Source: Gemmatimonadota bacterium (GTDB lineage: Bacteria; Gemmatimonadota; Gemmatimonadetes; Longimicrobiales; Gaopeijiaceae). From it: a stretch of DNA of 64,000 nt. The position numbers and the translations under genes were made by a program. Numbering within the stretch: position 1 is the stretch's first letter; the number at the start of each line of letters is the position of its first letter. Shown here in pieces: positions 45,433 to 54,636 of the stretch. Below the pieces are notes generated by a model. That model ran no database searches. It saw only the letters and a list, made by a program, of their open reading frames with translations, and was not told the DNA's origin. The stretch is taken from the NCBI GenBank assembly GCA_030827315.1, contig JAURER010000015.1, forward strand, positions 5,624-69,623. Reading direction: 5' to 3'.

Positions 45433-46068
45433 TCACCCGCCCCAGGGCGCTGGGGGTGGATCGACCGGGCGGGTGAGGTCGAATTCGACGCGGAACGCCC
45501 GGTCCGTGCCCTCCCTCCGCAGCGCATACACGAACGTCCGCGCAGGGTGCACCTCCAGCGTCCAGACGTTGGCGGCCGCGGCCGGCACGAGCCCCGCGGT
45601 GTATGCGTCCGCGGGGAAGTCCTGCGCCTCTGGACTCCCCCGACCGAGGGTGTCGCCGCCGTACTGCGTGATTTCGTCCACCGATCCGTCCTCGTGCCGA
45701 TGGTCGTGCTTGAGCCGCAGCCCCACCGCCGTGGTGGTCACCACCCAGGTTCGGGAGCGGTCGTCGCCGACGTGGAAGGGGATGCGGATCTCGCCCGGAT
45801 CGCAGGAGCGGACGTGCATGACGAGTCGACGCTCTGCGAAGGACGGATCGGGCGGCACGTTCTCGACCACGCGACCCTCGAACGCCTGTCCACAGAGCTC
45901 CCCGAGCGCCTCCCAGAATACGAGCTGCGCGTCCGGCTCCGTCTCGGGTTCCGGAACCGCCCCCTCTTCATTCCCCGCGCACGCCCACGCCAGGCATCCC
46001 GTGAGCAACGCGAGTGCCGGAGCTCTCCGGATGCGGGAGGGGGCGCGGTCGTGGCGGATGGGCTTCAT
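45433..46068 (-). CDS. hypothetical lipoprotein
   Basis: ATG at 46068. Lipobox-like LALLTGCLAWAC. Good GC3. No family recognised. Confidence 0.5.
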   Translation of the reverse strand: MKPIRHDRAPSRIRRAPALALLTGCLAWACAGNEEGAVPEPETEPDAQLVFWEALGELCGQAFEGRVVENVPPDPSFAERRLVMHVRSCDPGEIRIPFHVGDDRSRTWVVTTTAVGLRLKHDHRHEDGSVDEITQYGGDTLGRGSPEAQDFPADAYTAGLVPAAAANVWTLEVHPARTFVYALRREGTDRAFRVEFDLTRPVDPPPAPWGG

Positions 46069-46177
46069 GGGCGGAATGATCCTCGGGAGGCGGGTGGACG
46101 AAGCACGAAGCGCGTACACTATATTGGCGTCCTGCAACCTCCTTCGCCCAACCTGTCGCCCGCATTCGGATACGGAC

Positions 46178-48814
46178 ATGCTCGGTTCACTCGTCTTCGC
46201 AGCGCTCCTCCAGGTACCCGCTCCGACCCAGGAGCTCGCGCCTGGTACCCGCTATGACCCGACGATCCCCACGCTCGAGCAGGTGGTGGGGCACGACGTT
46301 CGAGCCGAGGTCACGGCCCCGGATCAGGTGGTGCGTTACTTCGAGGCGCTCGCCGAGGCCGCACCCGACAGAACGGAACTCATTCGGTATGCCCGAAGCT
46401 GGGAGGGCCGACCCCTGATCATGTTGGTGATCGGGTCGCCCGAGCGAATGGCGGCTCTGGATCGGGTGCGCGCGGATCTCGACCGGCTGGCCGCGGCCGA
46501 CCTGCCCGAATCGGAAGCCAACGAGCTGATCGGCCGTCTTCCGGTGGTCACTGCGCTCATGCACGGAGTTCACGGGAACGAGATCAGCTCGAGCGGCGCG
46601 GCGATGGCAGAGGCCTACCACCTCCTCGCGGCGCAGGGCGACGCCGGAGTCGATCTCATCCTGCGCGAGTCCCTCGTTCTCATCGACCCGGTGGAGAACC
46701 CGGACGGGCGAGCCCGTTTCGTTCAGCACACCACCATGTCGAGGGCGAGGTGGCCCAACCAGGAGGCCTACTCGGCCGAGCATGACGAGCCCTGGCCGGG
46801 TGGGCGGGGAAACCACTACCTCTTCGACCTGAACCGCGACCTGTTCATTCAGAGTCAGCCCGAGACGCGCGGAAAGGTCCGCGTCTTCCTCGATTTCCAC
46901 CCGCACATCGTGGCGGACCTGCACGAGATGGGCGGCAACTCCACGTACTTCTTCCCACCGACGGCACCGCCGGAGAACCCATGGTACGGCGAGCGCCAGA
47001 TCGCGCTCATGGACGTCTTCGGCAGCGCGAATGCCGCGGCGTTCGACGCGCGGGGCTTCGCGTACTTCAATCGAGACGTCTACGACCTCTTCTATCCCGG
47101 GTACGTGGACATGTGGCCGATGAACCACGGCGCGCTCGGCATGACATACGAACAGGCTTCTGCGAGAGCCCTCGTGCTGCGCAAGGACGACGGCGACGTC
47201 ATGACGTACGGTGACGGCGTGCTCCACCACTTCACGGCCGCCATCACGACTGCCGAGACCGCCGCGAGGAACCGGGAGAGCATCCTTCGCGACTACTACA
47301 CATTCCGGCGTGAAGGCGTGGAGCTCGGCCGCGCGGGGCCGGCCGAATACGTCCTCCATTCGGCCCACGACCCGGCCATGGCGGAGCGACTCGCACGCAT
47401 GCTCGTGGACAACGGCATCGAAGTCCGCGAGGCCACTGGCGCACTGACGATCGACGGCCGTCGGCTGCCCGCGCGCGGGACGTACGTCGTTCCCATGGAT
47501 CAGCCGGCGCACCGCTTCGCGCGCAATCTGCTCGACGAACACGTGCCCATGGACGACGGCTTCGTGCAACGTCAGATCGATCGCCGCGCTCGCCGCGAAG
47601 GTGACGAGATCTATGACCTCACGGCCTGGAGCCAGTCACTCCTGTGGGACGTCGAGGTCTTCCGCGCTCAGAGAGCCACGAATGCCGCCGGCGACCCGGT
47701 GGAGGGCTTCGGCGGCGAAGGAGCCTTCCCGCAGAGGGCGCGCCTGCGGCCCGCCACGACGGCGCTTCCCACGGCGGGGGTCGGATATCTCCTGCCCTGG
47801 GGAACCGCTGCGGTGGGTGCGGTCGTCGAGGCGCTGCGCGAGGGCGTCCGGGTTCGCGCCGCGGGCGAGGCCTTCGTGCTCGACGGTCGTTCGTACGGCG
47901 TGGGAACGGCGATCGTCCGGGTGGCGGAGAACGGTCCCGACCTGCGTGAACGTCTCGGTGCCATCGCCGCCGCGCACGGCGCGGAGGTCGTACCGATCGA
48001 GTCGTCGTATGTGAGCGAAGGCGCTTCGCTCGGGGCCAACAGCGTGCGTGCCCTGCGCGCGCCCCGCGTGCTGCTCGTGTACGACGATCCGGGGTCGACG
48101 CTCTCGACGGGGTGGGCGCGGTATGTACTCGAGCAACGATACGGCCAGCCCACCGTGGCGGTCCGGGCAGCGAGTCTGGGCAGCGCGAATCTCGCCGACT
48201 TCGACGTGATCGTCTTTCCGAGCGGGAATTACGCGGGCGCCGTCGGCGCGGGTCTGATCGAGGAACTGCGCGACTGGATGTCGAATGGAGGGACGCTCGT
48301 CACCATGGCCAACTCGACCACGTGGGCGACGCGCGCGGGGCTGCTGTCCACGCATGCGGAGCGGCGTGGAGGCCGCGCCGCGGGCACGGATCCCGATCGC
48401 GAGGAGACCCCGGATCAGCCGATCGAGTACCTGGCGGAGATCGTGCCCGCCGACGAGGCGCCGGAGAGCGTTCCAGGGGCCATCCTGAAGGTGATCCTCG
48501 ACCCGGGACACTGGCTCGCCGCGGGCACCGACGGCGAGATCGGCGTGCTGGTGGAGGGGTCACGCGTGTTCAGTCCACTCACGCTCGACGAGGGAGCGAA
48601 CGTGGGCCGGTACGGCACGCTCGCCGACCTCGTCCTCAGCGGGATCGTCTGGGACGAGGCCCGGCCGCAGCTCGCGAGCAAGGCATTTCTCATGCACGAG
48701 TCGGTTGGCGCGGGCCAGATCGTCGCGTTCGCGGAAGACCCGAACTACCGTGCGTACGCCGAGGCGACGCAGCTCCTCTTCATGAACGCGGTGATCCTGG
48801 GTCCCGGACGCTGA
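46178..48814 (+). CDS. M14 family zinc carboxypeptidase with large C-terminal extension
   Basis: Short signal peptide. Zn motif MHGVHGNEISS. DLNRD, DLHEMG. The C-terminal ~500 aa includes a GATase1/ThuA-like stretch (VLLVYDD...FDVIVFPSGNY). Confidence 0.85.
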   Translation: MLGSLVFAALLQVPAPTQELAPGTRYDPTIPTLEQVVGHDVRAEVTAPDQVVRYFEALAEAAPDRTELIRYARSWEGRPLIMLVIGSPERMAALDRVRADLDRLAAADLPESEANELIGRLPVVTALMHGVHGNEISSSGAAMAEAYHLLAAQGDAGVDLILRESLVLIDPVENPDGRARFVQHTTMSRARWPNQEAYSAEHDEPWPGGRGNHYLFDLNRDLFIQSQPETRGKVRVFLDFHPHIVADLHEMGGNSTYFFPPTAPPENPWYGERQIALMDVFGSANAAAFDARGFAYFNRDVYDLFYPGYVDMWPMNHGALGMTYEQASARALVLRKDDGDVMTYGDGVLHHFTAAITTAETAARNRESILRDYYTFRREGVELGRAGPAEYVLHSAHDPAMAERLARMLVDNGIEVREATGALTIDGRRLPARGTYVVPMDQPAHRFARNLLDEHVPMDDGFVQRQIDRRARREGDEIYDLTAWSQSLLWDVEVFRAQRATNAAGDPVEGFGGEGAFPQRARLRPATTALPTAGVGYLLPWGTAAVGAVVEALREGVRVRAAGEAFVLDGRSYGVGTAIVRVAENGPDLRERLGAIAAAHGAEVVPIESSYVSEGASLGANSVRALRAPRVLLVYDDPGSTLSTGWARYVLEQRYGQPTVAVRAASLGSANLADFDVIVFPSGNYAGAVGAGLIEELRDWMSNGGTLVTMANSTTWATRAGLLSTHAERRGGRAAGTDPDREETPDQPIEYLAEIVPADEAPESVPGAILKVILDPGHWLAAGTDGEIGVLVEGSRVFSPLTLDEGANVGRYGTLADLVLSGIVWDEARPQLASKAFLMHESVGAGQIVAFAEDPNYRAYAEATQLLFMNAVILGPGR

Positions 48815-48818
48815 CGCG

Positions 48819-49400
48819 ATGAGCGACCGCACGGACCGTAAGCTGCGGGAGGTCGCGGTCGCCTGGTACGCCTTCCGTCATGAAGCGGAGTTCGCCGCGG
48901 GGTTTCTCGACGATGCGGGCATTCCGTTCCGGATGCAGGTCGACGACCCGTTGCTGGGTTACGGCGTGTCGGGCAGCGCGACGATCTGGGTTCTGGGAAT
49001 GCACGAGCGATCAGCGCGGGAGGTGCTCGACCTCGACGGATCGCCCGCGTATCTGACCGGCGGTTCGTCGACGCGGACGCCCCCGGTGACCCCTCCCACG
49101 CGAGCCACGGGGGCGCACGCGCGGCCGCGAGGCGGGTCGGTTCAGCGCGAGAGAAACGGATTCGACCGCACTCTTCCCGCGAGCGCACGCACCCTGTCGT
49201 TCCGGGAGCGCGGTCTCGCGGTCCTGGGTGGTGGCGGCGCGCTCGCGCTGCTCCGCCTCTTCCTGCAGGATTCGATGCACCCGATCATTTCCGTTACGGG
49301 CCTGGTGATCGCCTTCCTGCTGGCGACGGTCGGGATCGTGGGATGGGCACCCGGTCCGCTTCGCCAACTGCTCCGCGCGCTGTCGGGCGGCGCTCCCTGA
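48819..49400 (+). CDS. hypothetical membrane protein with N-terminal DUF2007-like domain
   Basis: N-terminus AFRHEAEFAAGFLDDAGIPFRMQVDD...IWVL resembles the putative signal-transducing DUF2007 fold. Pro/Thr/Arg linker. Two C-terminal TM helices. Confidence 0.5.
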   Translation: MSDRTDRKLREVAVAWYAFRHEAEFAAGFLDDAGIPFRMQVDDPLLGYGVSGSATIWVLGMHERSAREVLDLDGSPAYLTGGSSTRTPPVTPPTRATGAHARPRGGSVQRERNGFDRTLPASARTLSFRERGLAVLGGGGALALLRLFLQDSMHPIISVTGLVIAFLLATVGIVGWAPGPLRQLLRALSGGAP

Positions 49401-49440
49401 GCCATAGACGCACCCCGAAAACCGAGAAAAGGGCCGAGCC

Positions 49441-50697
49441 ATGCGTGCAGTCTCGTTCAACGTCACGATCCCCAGTTACGTGGTGGGGAAGAGCCTCGGG
49501 CGTTTCACCGAGGCAGCCGTGTACGGTGGCCTCAGCGGGGTACGCTTCGGCGAGCTGCCCGAGCCCGACCTTCCCGGAGACGCGTGGGTGAAGCTCGACG
49601 TGCTCAAGGCCGGGATCTGCGGCTCCGATATCGGCAACCTCACGCTCAAGTCCAGTCCCGCCATGGAGCCGTTCGGCTCCTTTCCGGCGGTGCTGGGTCA
49701 CGAGATTCTCGCGCGCGTGTCCGCGGTGGGTCCCGCCGTGCGGCATGTGTCAGTCGGACAACGAGTTGCGGTCGATCCGGGCGTGTCCTGCACCGTCCGC
49801 GGATTCGAGGGCGAGCGGCAGTGCCCGTCGTGCGCCGAGGGGCTGGCGTCGACGTGCACACGCGCGGGTGAGGACGGCGAGACCGTCATCGCGGGGGAGC
49901 CGATCCGACGCGGGATGACGATCGGCTATCATCGGAGTCTACCGGGAGGGTGGGGCGACCGCATGATCGCGCACGAGAGCCAGCTCTTTCCGGTGGCCGA
50001 CGAGATGTCGGACAACGCGGCCGCGCTCATCGAGCCCCTGGCCGTGGGCATGCACGCCGCGCTTCGCTCCAGGCCCTTTCCCGACGGTCCGATCCTCGTC
50101 CTCGGAAGCGGCCCCATCGCGCTCGGCGTCGTCTGGGCGCTGCGGGCGGCAGGCTATCAGGGTGAGCTGGTGGCACAGATGAAGCGGGCCCACGAGGCCA
50201 GGCTGGCCCGGAGCTTCGGGGCAAGCAGCGTCGTCGCTCCGGGAGAAGAGGCCCGCGAAGCGCTGGTCGGCACCGGAGCCCAGGCCTACATGCCCATCGT
50301 GGGGGACGAGGTCTACGCCGGGGGAGGCTTCCCCCTCGTCTTCGACTGCGTCGGCAGTGGGGAGACCCTCAAGCAGGGTTTGCGTTACGCGTCCGTGAGG
50401 GGGCGCATCGTGCTCCTCGGGTGCGCCGCGGAGATCCCGAAGCTCGACCTGACCTTCGTGTGGGCCAACGAACTGGAGATCAAGGGCTTCCAGTGCTACG
50501 GCGACGAGGCGTGGCGAGGCAAAATAGAACATACGTTCAAGATTACCCACGACATGATTCTGGAGACGCGCGCCCCGATCGAGGAGATGGTCACGCATGT
50601 GTTCCCGCTCTCCCAGTACCGCAACGCGCTCTCCACGGCTGCGAACCGCAGGAAGACGGGGTCCGTGAAGGTGCTCCTGGACCCCACGGCGGGATGA
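49441..50697 (+). CDS. zinc-binding medium-chain alcohol dehydrogenase family protein
   Basis: GICGSDI, GHEILARV, structural-Zn cysteines CPSCAEGLASTC, and the Rossmann motif VLGSGPIALG. Confidence 0.85.
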   Translation: MRAVSFNVTIPSYVVGKSLGRFTEAAVYGGLSGVRFGELPEPDLPGDAWVKLDVLKAGICGSDIGNLTLKSSPAMEPFGSFPAVLGHEILARVSAVGPAVRHVSVGQRVAVDPGVSCTVRGFEGERQCPSCAEGLASTCTRAGEDGETVIAGEPIRRGMTIGYHRSLPGGWGDRMIAHESQLFPVADEMSDNAAALIEPLAVGMHAALRSRPFPDGPILVLGSGPIALGVVWALRAAGYQGELVAQMKRAHEARLARSFGASSVVAPGEEAREALVGTGAQAYMPIVGDEVYAGGGFPLVFDCVGSGETLKQGLRYASVRGRIVLLGCAAEIPKLDLTFVWANELEIKGFQCYGDEAWRGKIEHTFKITHDMILETRAPIEEMVTHVFPLSQYRNALSTAANRRKTGSVKVLLDPTAG

Positions 50698-51959
50698 GCG
50701 GCGTAGGTTCAGCTCCCCGCGTCGTCGTCGTGGGGGGAGGGGTGATCGGCGTATGCTGCGCCTACTATCTCGCCCGCGGCGGCGCGGTGGTGACGCTCCT
50801 CGAACGCGAGCGCCTCGGTGCCGGGGCGTCGTCCGGCAACGCGGGGACCGTCTCTGCGGGACACCCGCCGCTCAACCGCCCCGGGCGGATCCGGCAGGCC
50901 GTCCTGGACATGGTGAACCCGGCCAGCCCCCTGTATGTGAAGCCACGCTGGGACCCGGCTCTCTGGCGCTGGCTCCTCGGATTTGCCCGGTACTGCACGG
51001 ACGTCCACGTCGAATACTGCATGGGCGTCATGGCTCCGCTGGGCAAGGACGCGCTCGCGCTCTTCGACCAGCTGATCGGAGAGGAAGGGATCGAGTGCGG
51101 GTACAGGGCCGACGGGTACTACGACGTTTGTCGCACGGAGCGCGGCCTGTCGGGTGCCCTTCACGAGGCCTCCATCATCCGACGCCACGGATACCATCCG
51201 GAAGAGCTGGACGGAGACGAACTGCGGCATCGTGAGCCCGCGCTGGCCGACGACATCCTCGGCGGAGTCTTCTATCCCGACGCCGCGACGCTGGAGCCGT
51301 TGCGATTTCTCGAACGTCTCGCAGAGGCCGCCCGCCGCCATGGTGCCGTGATCCGGGAGGAGGTCGACGTCGCCGCGGTACGGATCACGAGCGGGCGGGC
51401 CGCAGGGGTCACCCTGGCCGGGGGCGAGGCGCTCGCGGCCGACGCCGTCGTACTGGCGACAGGCCCCTACAGCAAAGGGCTCATGGCAAATACTGGAATT
51501 AGAATTCCTGTTCAGCCCGGCAAAGGGTACCATCGTGACGTCGAGGTGGGTCCCAACGGTGCTCCGCGCCTTCGGGTGGCGTGCGTCCTCAACGAGTCGT
51601 CGGTCTTCTGTACCCCGATGGGCACGACGGTGCGATTTGCCGGGACCATGGAGTTCTCAGGGGAAAACCGCGTCATGCGGGCGGCGCGCCTCGATCAGAT
51701 GACGACCGCCGCGGGACACGCCTTTCCGGGGCTGGGTTCGGCGCGACCCGTATCGGAGTGGTGCGGGCTCCGGCCCGTATCCATGGACGGCCTGCCCATT
51801 GTGGGTCCGATCCCCGGCGTGGACGGCCTCCACGTCGCGACGGGGCATGGCATGCTCGGGCTCACCCTGGGTCCGGTGACCGGCGCAATGGTCGCGGGTG
51901 GCCTCCTCGGCCAGGGTGACGCGCGACTCGCCCCCCTGGCGCCCGGCCGTTTCGCCTGA
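50694..51959 (+). CDS. FAD-dependent oxidoreductase (DadA/D-amino-acid dehydrogenase-like)
   Basis: ATGA overlap with the ADH gene. VVVVGGGVIGVCCAYYLARGG dinucleotide fold. PGKGYH, GLRP.S.DG.P..G and ATGHGMLGLTLGP motifs. Confidence 0.85.
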   Translation: MSGVGSAPRVVVVGGGVIGVCCAYYLARGGAVVTLLERERLGAGASSGNAGTVSAGHPPLNRPGRIRQAVLDMVNPASPLYVKPRWDPALWRWLLGFARYCTDVHVEYCMGVMAPLGKDALALFDQLIGEEGIECGYRADGYYDVCRTERGLSGALHEASIIRRHGYHPEELDGDELRHREPALADDILGGVFYPDAATLEPLRFLERLAEAARRHGAVIREEVDVAAVRITSGRAAGVTLAGGEALAADAVVLATGPYSKGLMANTGIRIPVQPGKGYHRDVEVGPNGAPRLRVACVLNESSVFCTPMGTTVRFAGTMEFSGENRVMRAARLDQMTTAAGHAFPGLGSARPVSEWCGLRPVSMDGLPIVGPIPGVDGLHVATGHGMLGLTLGPVTGAMVAGGLLGQGDARLAPLAPGRFA

Positions 51960-52023
51960 GCGGCGGAGGTGGAGCCGTGCACGTTCCCCAGGGGGCGCGC
52001 TGCGTGGAGCTGTCCCCAGGCCG

Positions 52024-53460
52024 TCAGCGTCGGTTGAACCGGAGGTTCTGCACCCGGCCGGCGTCGACGTCGAACCCGACCACCCGACCGCCCTCGCGGA
52101 CGATCCGGAGCTGCAGGGGGCCGGCCCGGAGGAGGTCCGGCTCCACGAGCTCCACCGGAGCGTCGAAGTCCGGCCCGAACCCGAGCCGCAGCCGGCCGTC
52201 CTCGGCATCGGACCGGAGCACATAGGAGACGTCGAGCTCCGTGCTGTAGAACGTCCCGACGAATGGCGCCACGTCCGTCACGAAGTGCGCCGCCTCGCCC
52301 GCCTCGGGCTGCGCCGTGACCCCACGGACCGCTTCGGACGCAGCCGGCTCCAGAAGCTCGCCCAGCACCGCGTCGGCAACCCGCATCGACAGGGTGGACG
52401 GGTCCGAATCGGAGCGGTTGCAGAGCGTCGCGATGCCCAGCCCGTGATCGGGGAAGCGGGCGATCGCCGCGCGGAATCCCACGAAGGAGCCCCCGTGACG
52501 GATCGTGCGCGCGCCGCGATACGTGCCGAGACTCTGGCCAAACGCGTAGGGGTTCTCCTCACCGCCGGTGAGCGGGTCGGTGCTCTCGAGGACGGCGTTG
52601 AGGCCGGGCCGGAGTCCGTCCGTGTTGAGTGCGTCGATCCAGCGCACGAGATCCTCGACGGAGGTGAACACGCCTCCGTCCCCCACCATGTCGAGCGTGG
52701 TCTGCGAGATGCGGAAGCCGGTCTGCGTCGGGGCGTAACCCGCGGCCCGGTTGGGCACGATGTGCGTGTGATCGTCGTGGAAGTGGGTATGCGTCATGCC
52801 GAGCGGCTCGAAGATCTCTTTCTGCGCGTACGCACGCAGCGAACGACCCGTGGCTTCCCGGACGATCTCACCGAGGAGGAAGTAGCCCGAATTCGAGTAC
52901 AGATATTCGGAGCCGGGCTCGAAGTTGAGCTCCTCCTGCCGGGCGATCAGCGCGCGGACTTCCGCAATCGTGTAGTAGTCGTCGTCGCGGAGCCCCCGCA
53001 GTGACATCAGCGTGAGGTAGTCTCGCAGGCCACTCGTGTGATGCACGGCCTGCCGGACCGTAGGTTCGGCCGGATACGCAGGGAGCTCCAGAATCCAGCG
53101 ACGCACCGGGTCGTCGAGCGAGATGTGTCCGTCGCGGGCCGCGATGGCGATCGCCGCCGCGGTGAACTGCTTGCCCACGGAGCCCGTACGGAAGACCGTC
53201 TGCGGCGAAATGGCGATGCCGTGTTCGAGGTTCGCCATGCCGTAGCCACGGCCGTACACGAGGGTCCCGTCGTGCACGACGCCCACCGCACAGCCCGGTG
53301 CGTCGGATCGGTTGTACGCCGCGAACACGGCGTCGACGGCCGAGCGGTCGAAGTGTCGGACATCCTGCCCCGCCGCCGGCGCCGACGCGAGAACCAGGAG
53401 AAGCGTCCATGCGGCGCAACTACGCGAGACCGTCCGGTCAAACAGCCGACGACGACCCAT
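52024..53460 (-). CDS. serine hydrolase, beta-lactamase/S12 family (secreted) with C-terminal extension
   Basis: Signal peptide. SxxK motif FRTGSVGKQF, YSNSGY and HGGSFVGF. The upstream 159 codons of the track ORF are rejected. Confidence 0.85.
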   Translation of the reverse strand: MGRRRLFDRTVSRSCAAWTLLLVLASAPAAGQDVRHFDRSAVDAVFAAYNRSDAPGCAVGVVHDGTLVYGRGYGMANLEHGIAISPQTVFRTGSVGKQFTAAAIAIAARDGHISLDDPVRRWILELPAYPAEPTVRQAVHHTSGLRDYLTLMSLRGLRDDDYYTIAEVRALIARQEELNFEPGSEYLYSNSGYFLLGEIVREATGRSLRAYAQKEIFEPLGMTHTHFHDDHTHIVPNRAAGYAPTQTGFRISQTTLDMVGDGGVFTSVEDLVRWIDALNTDGLRPGLNAVLESTDPLTGGEENPYAFGQSLGTYRGARTIRHGGSFVGFRAAIARFPDHGLGIATLCNRSDSDPSTLSMRVADAVLGELLEPAASEAVRGVTAQPEAGEAAHFVTDVAPFVGTFYSTELDVSYVLRSDAEDGRLRLGFGPDFDAPVELVEPDLLRAGPLQLRIVREGGRVVGFDVDAGRVQNLRFNRR

Positions 53461-53528
53461 CGGTACTACTCCTGGCGTGGTGTGATGCGTCGTCCGGGAT
53501 ACGGAGGCGGACCCTGCGCACGAACGCG

Positions 53529-54143
53529 TCAAAGGTCGAGCGGGATCACGTCGGGGCGGACTCGGCTGGTCGGACTCGCGCCGTCCACCTCGATGCCCTC
53601 CAGCTTCAGCAGCTGCACCTTGGCCTCGAGTCCACCGGAGAAGCCCGTGAGGCGCAGATCCGAGCCGACGACGCGGTGGCACGGTATGATGATCGGAATC
53701 GGGTTCGCGCCGACCGCCTGACCCACCGCGCGCGCCTGGTCGGCCTTCCCCATCTCCCTCGCGAGCTGTCCGTAGGAGGTGACGTGCCCGTACGGTACCT
53801 GACGCAGCCGGTCGTACACGTCCCGTTGGAACTCCGTCGTGACGCCGGAAAGGTCGAAGGGAAGATCGAACTCGGTGCGCTCGCGCGCGAAGTACTCCTC
53901 GAGCTGTCGGGCCACGTTTCGGAGATTGTCGGGCCACGATCCCGGGGGATCGGTGTTCCGGTTGGTCGGAAGAGCACCGAACTCGATCCGGCGCACGCCC
54001 CGGGCGGACGTCCAGACCGTAACCGGCCCGACGCGCGTGTCGGGCAGGTAGGCCGAATGAACCTCGACCGAGTTCAGTGCGTCGCCTCGTGCGTGCCCTT
54101 CTTCAACGCCTCCTGTAGAGCGTCGAAGCCGAGCAGGGCACAC
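53529..54143 (-). CDS. ogt: methylated-DNA--protein-cysteine methyltransferase
   Basis: Active-site PCHRVVGSDL, plus YGQLAREMGKADQARAVGQAVGANP. Start uncertain: GTG at 54143 overlaps sufU by 70 nt. The homologous region begins near 54070, where only a CTG (54075-54077) is in frame. Confidence 0.85.
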   Translation of the reverse strand: MCPARLRRSTGGVEEGHARGDALNSVEVHSAYLPDTRVGPVTVWTSARGVRRIEFGALPTNRNTDPPGSWPDNLRNVARQLEEYFARERTEFDLPFDLSGVTTEFQRDVYDRLRQVPYGHVTSYGQLAREMGKADQARAVGQAVGANPIPIIIPCHRVVGSDLRLTGFSGGLEAKVQLLKLEGIEVDGASPTSRVRPDVIPLDL

Positions 54144-54538
54144 TTGATGCGGACCGGGAACTTGCTGACGCCCTGGAGGGCGCGCAGATCGCCCAGCGAC
54201 CGGTCCTTCGCCGCGTCCTGGCTTCCGTGCATCATTTCGGTGAAACGCTGCGCGAGTGCGTCCGCGTCATCGAGCGACCGGCCCTCGAGCAGCGTGGTCA
54301 TCATGCTGACCGCCGCCTGGGAAATGGAGCACCCCTGGCCGACGAACTTCGCTTCGGCGATTTCGTTGTTCTCGATTCGCAGCTGGAGACGGATCTCGTC
54401 TCCGCACACCGGATTGGCCATGTGCACTTCGACGGTCTTCTCGTCGAGCTCGGCCTTGTTCCGCGGATGGCGGTAGTGCTCGAGAATGAGCTGCTGGTAG
54501 AGAGAGTTCAGCTGGGGAGAATCCATCGTCGCCTGCAC
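54074..54538 (-). CDS. sufU: SUF-type Fe-S cluster scaffold SufU (NifU/IscU-like)
   Basis: LYQQLILEHYRHPRN, NPVCGDEI, GQGCSISQA and KCALL motifs. GTG at 54538 or ATG at 54526. Confidence 0.9.
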   Translation of the reverse strand: MQATMDSPQLNSLYQQLILEHYRHPRNKAELDEKTVEVHMANPVCGDEIRLQLRIENNEIAEAKFVGQGCSISQAAVSMMTTLLEGRSLDDADALAQRFTEMMHGSQDAAKDRSLGDLRALQGVSKFPVRIKCALLGFDALQEALKKGTHEATH

Positions 54539-54636
54539 GGTTCACGGGTCGCCAATGTAAGGCGCAATTCGCCGTTCGGCACCCCGTCTCCCGGCGGCGA
54601 GCCTCGGGCGTCGGGCCTGGTCGGCGTCCGACCGGA

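Noticed and set aside
45473-46177. N-terminal 235 codons of the 1113-aa ORF preceding the M14 gene
   Set aside because: Antisense to the lipoprotein gene 45433-46068. The M14 protein has its own signal peptide from the ATG at 46178.
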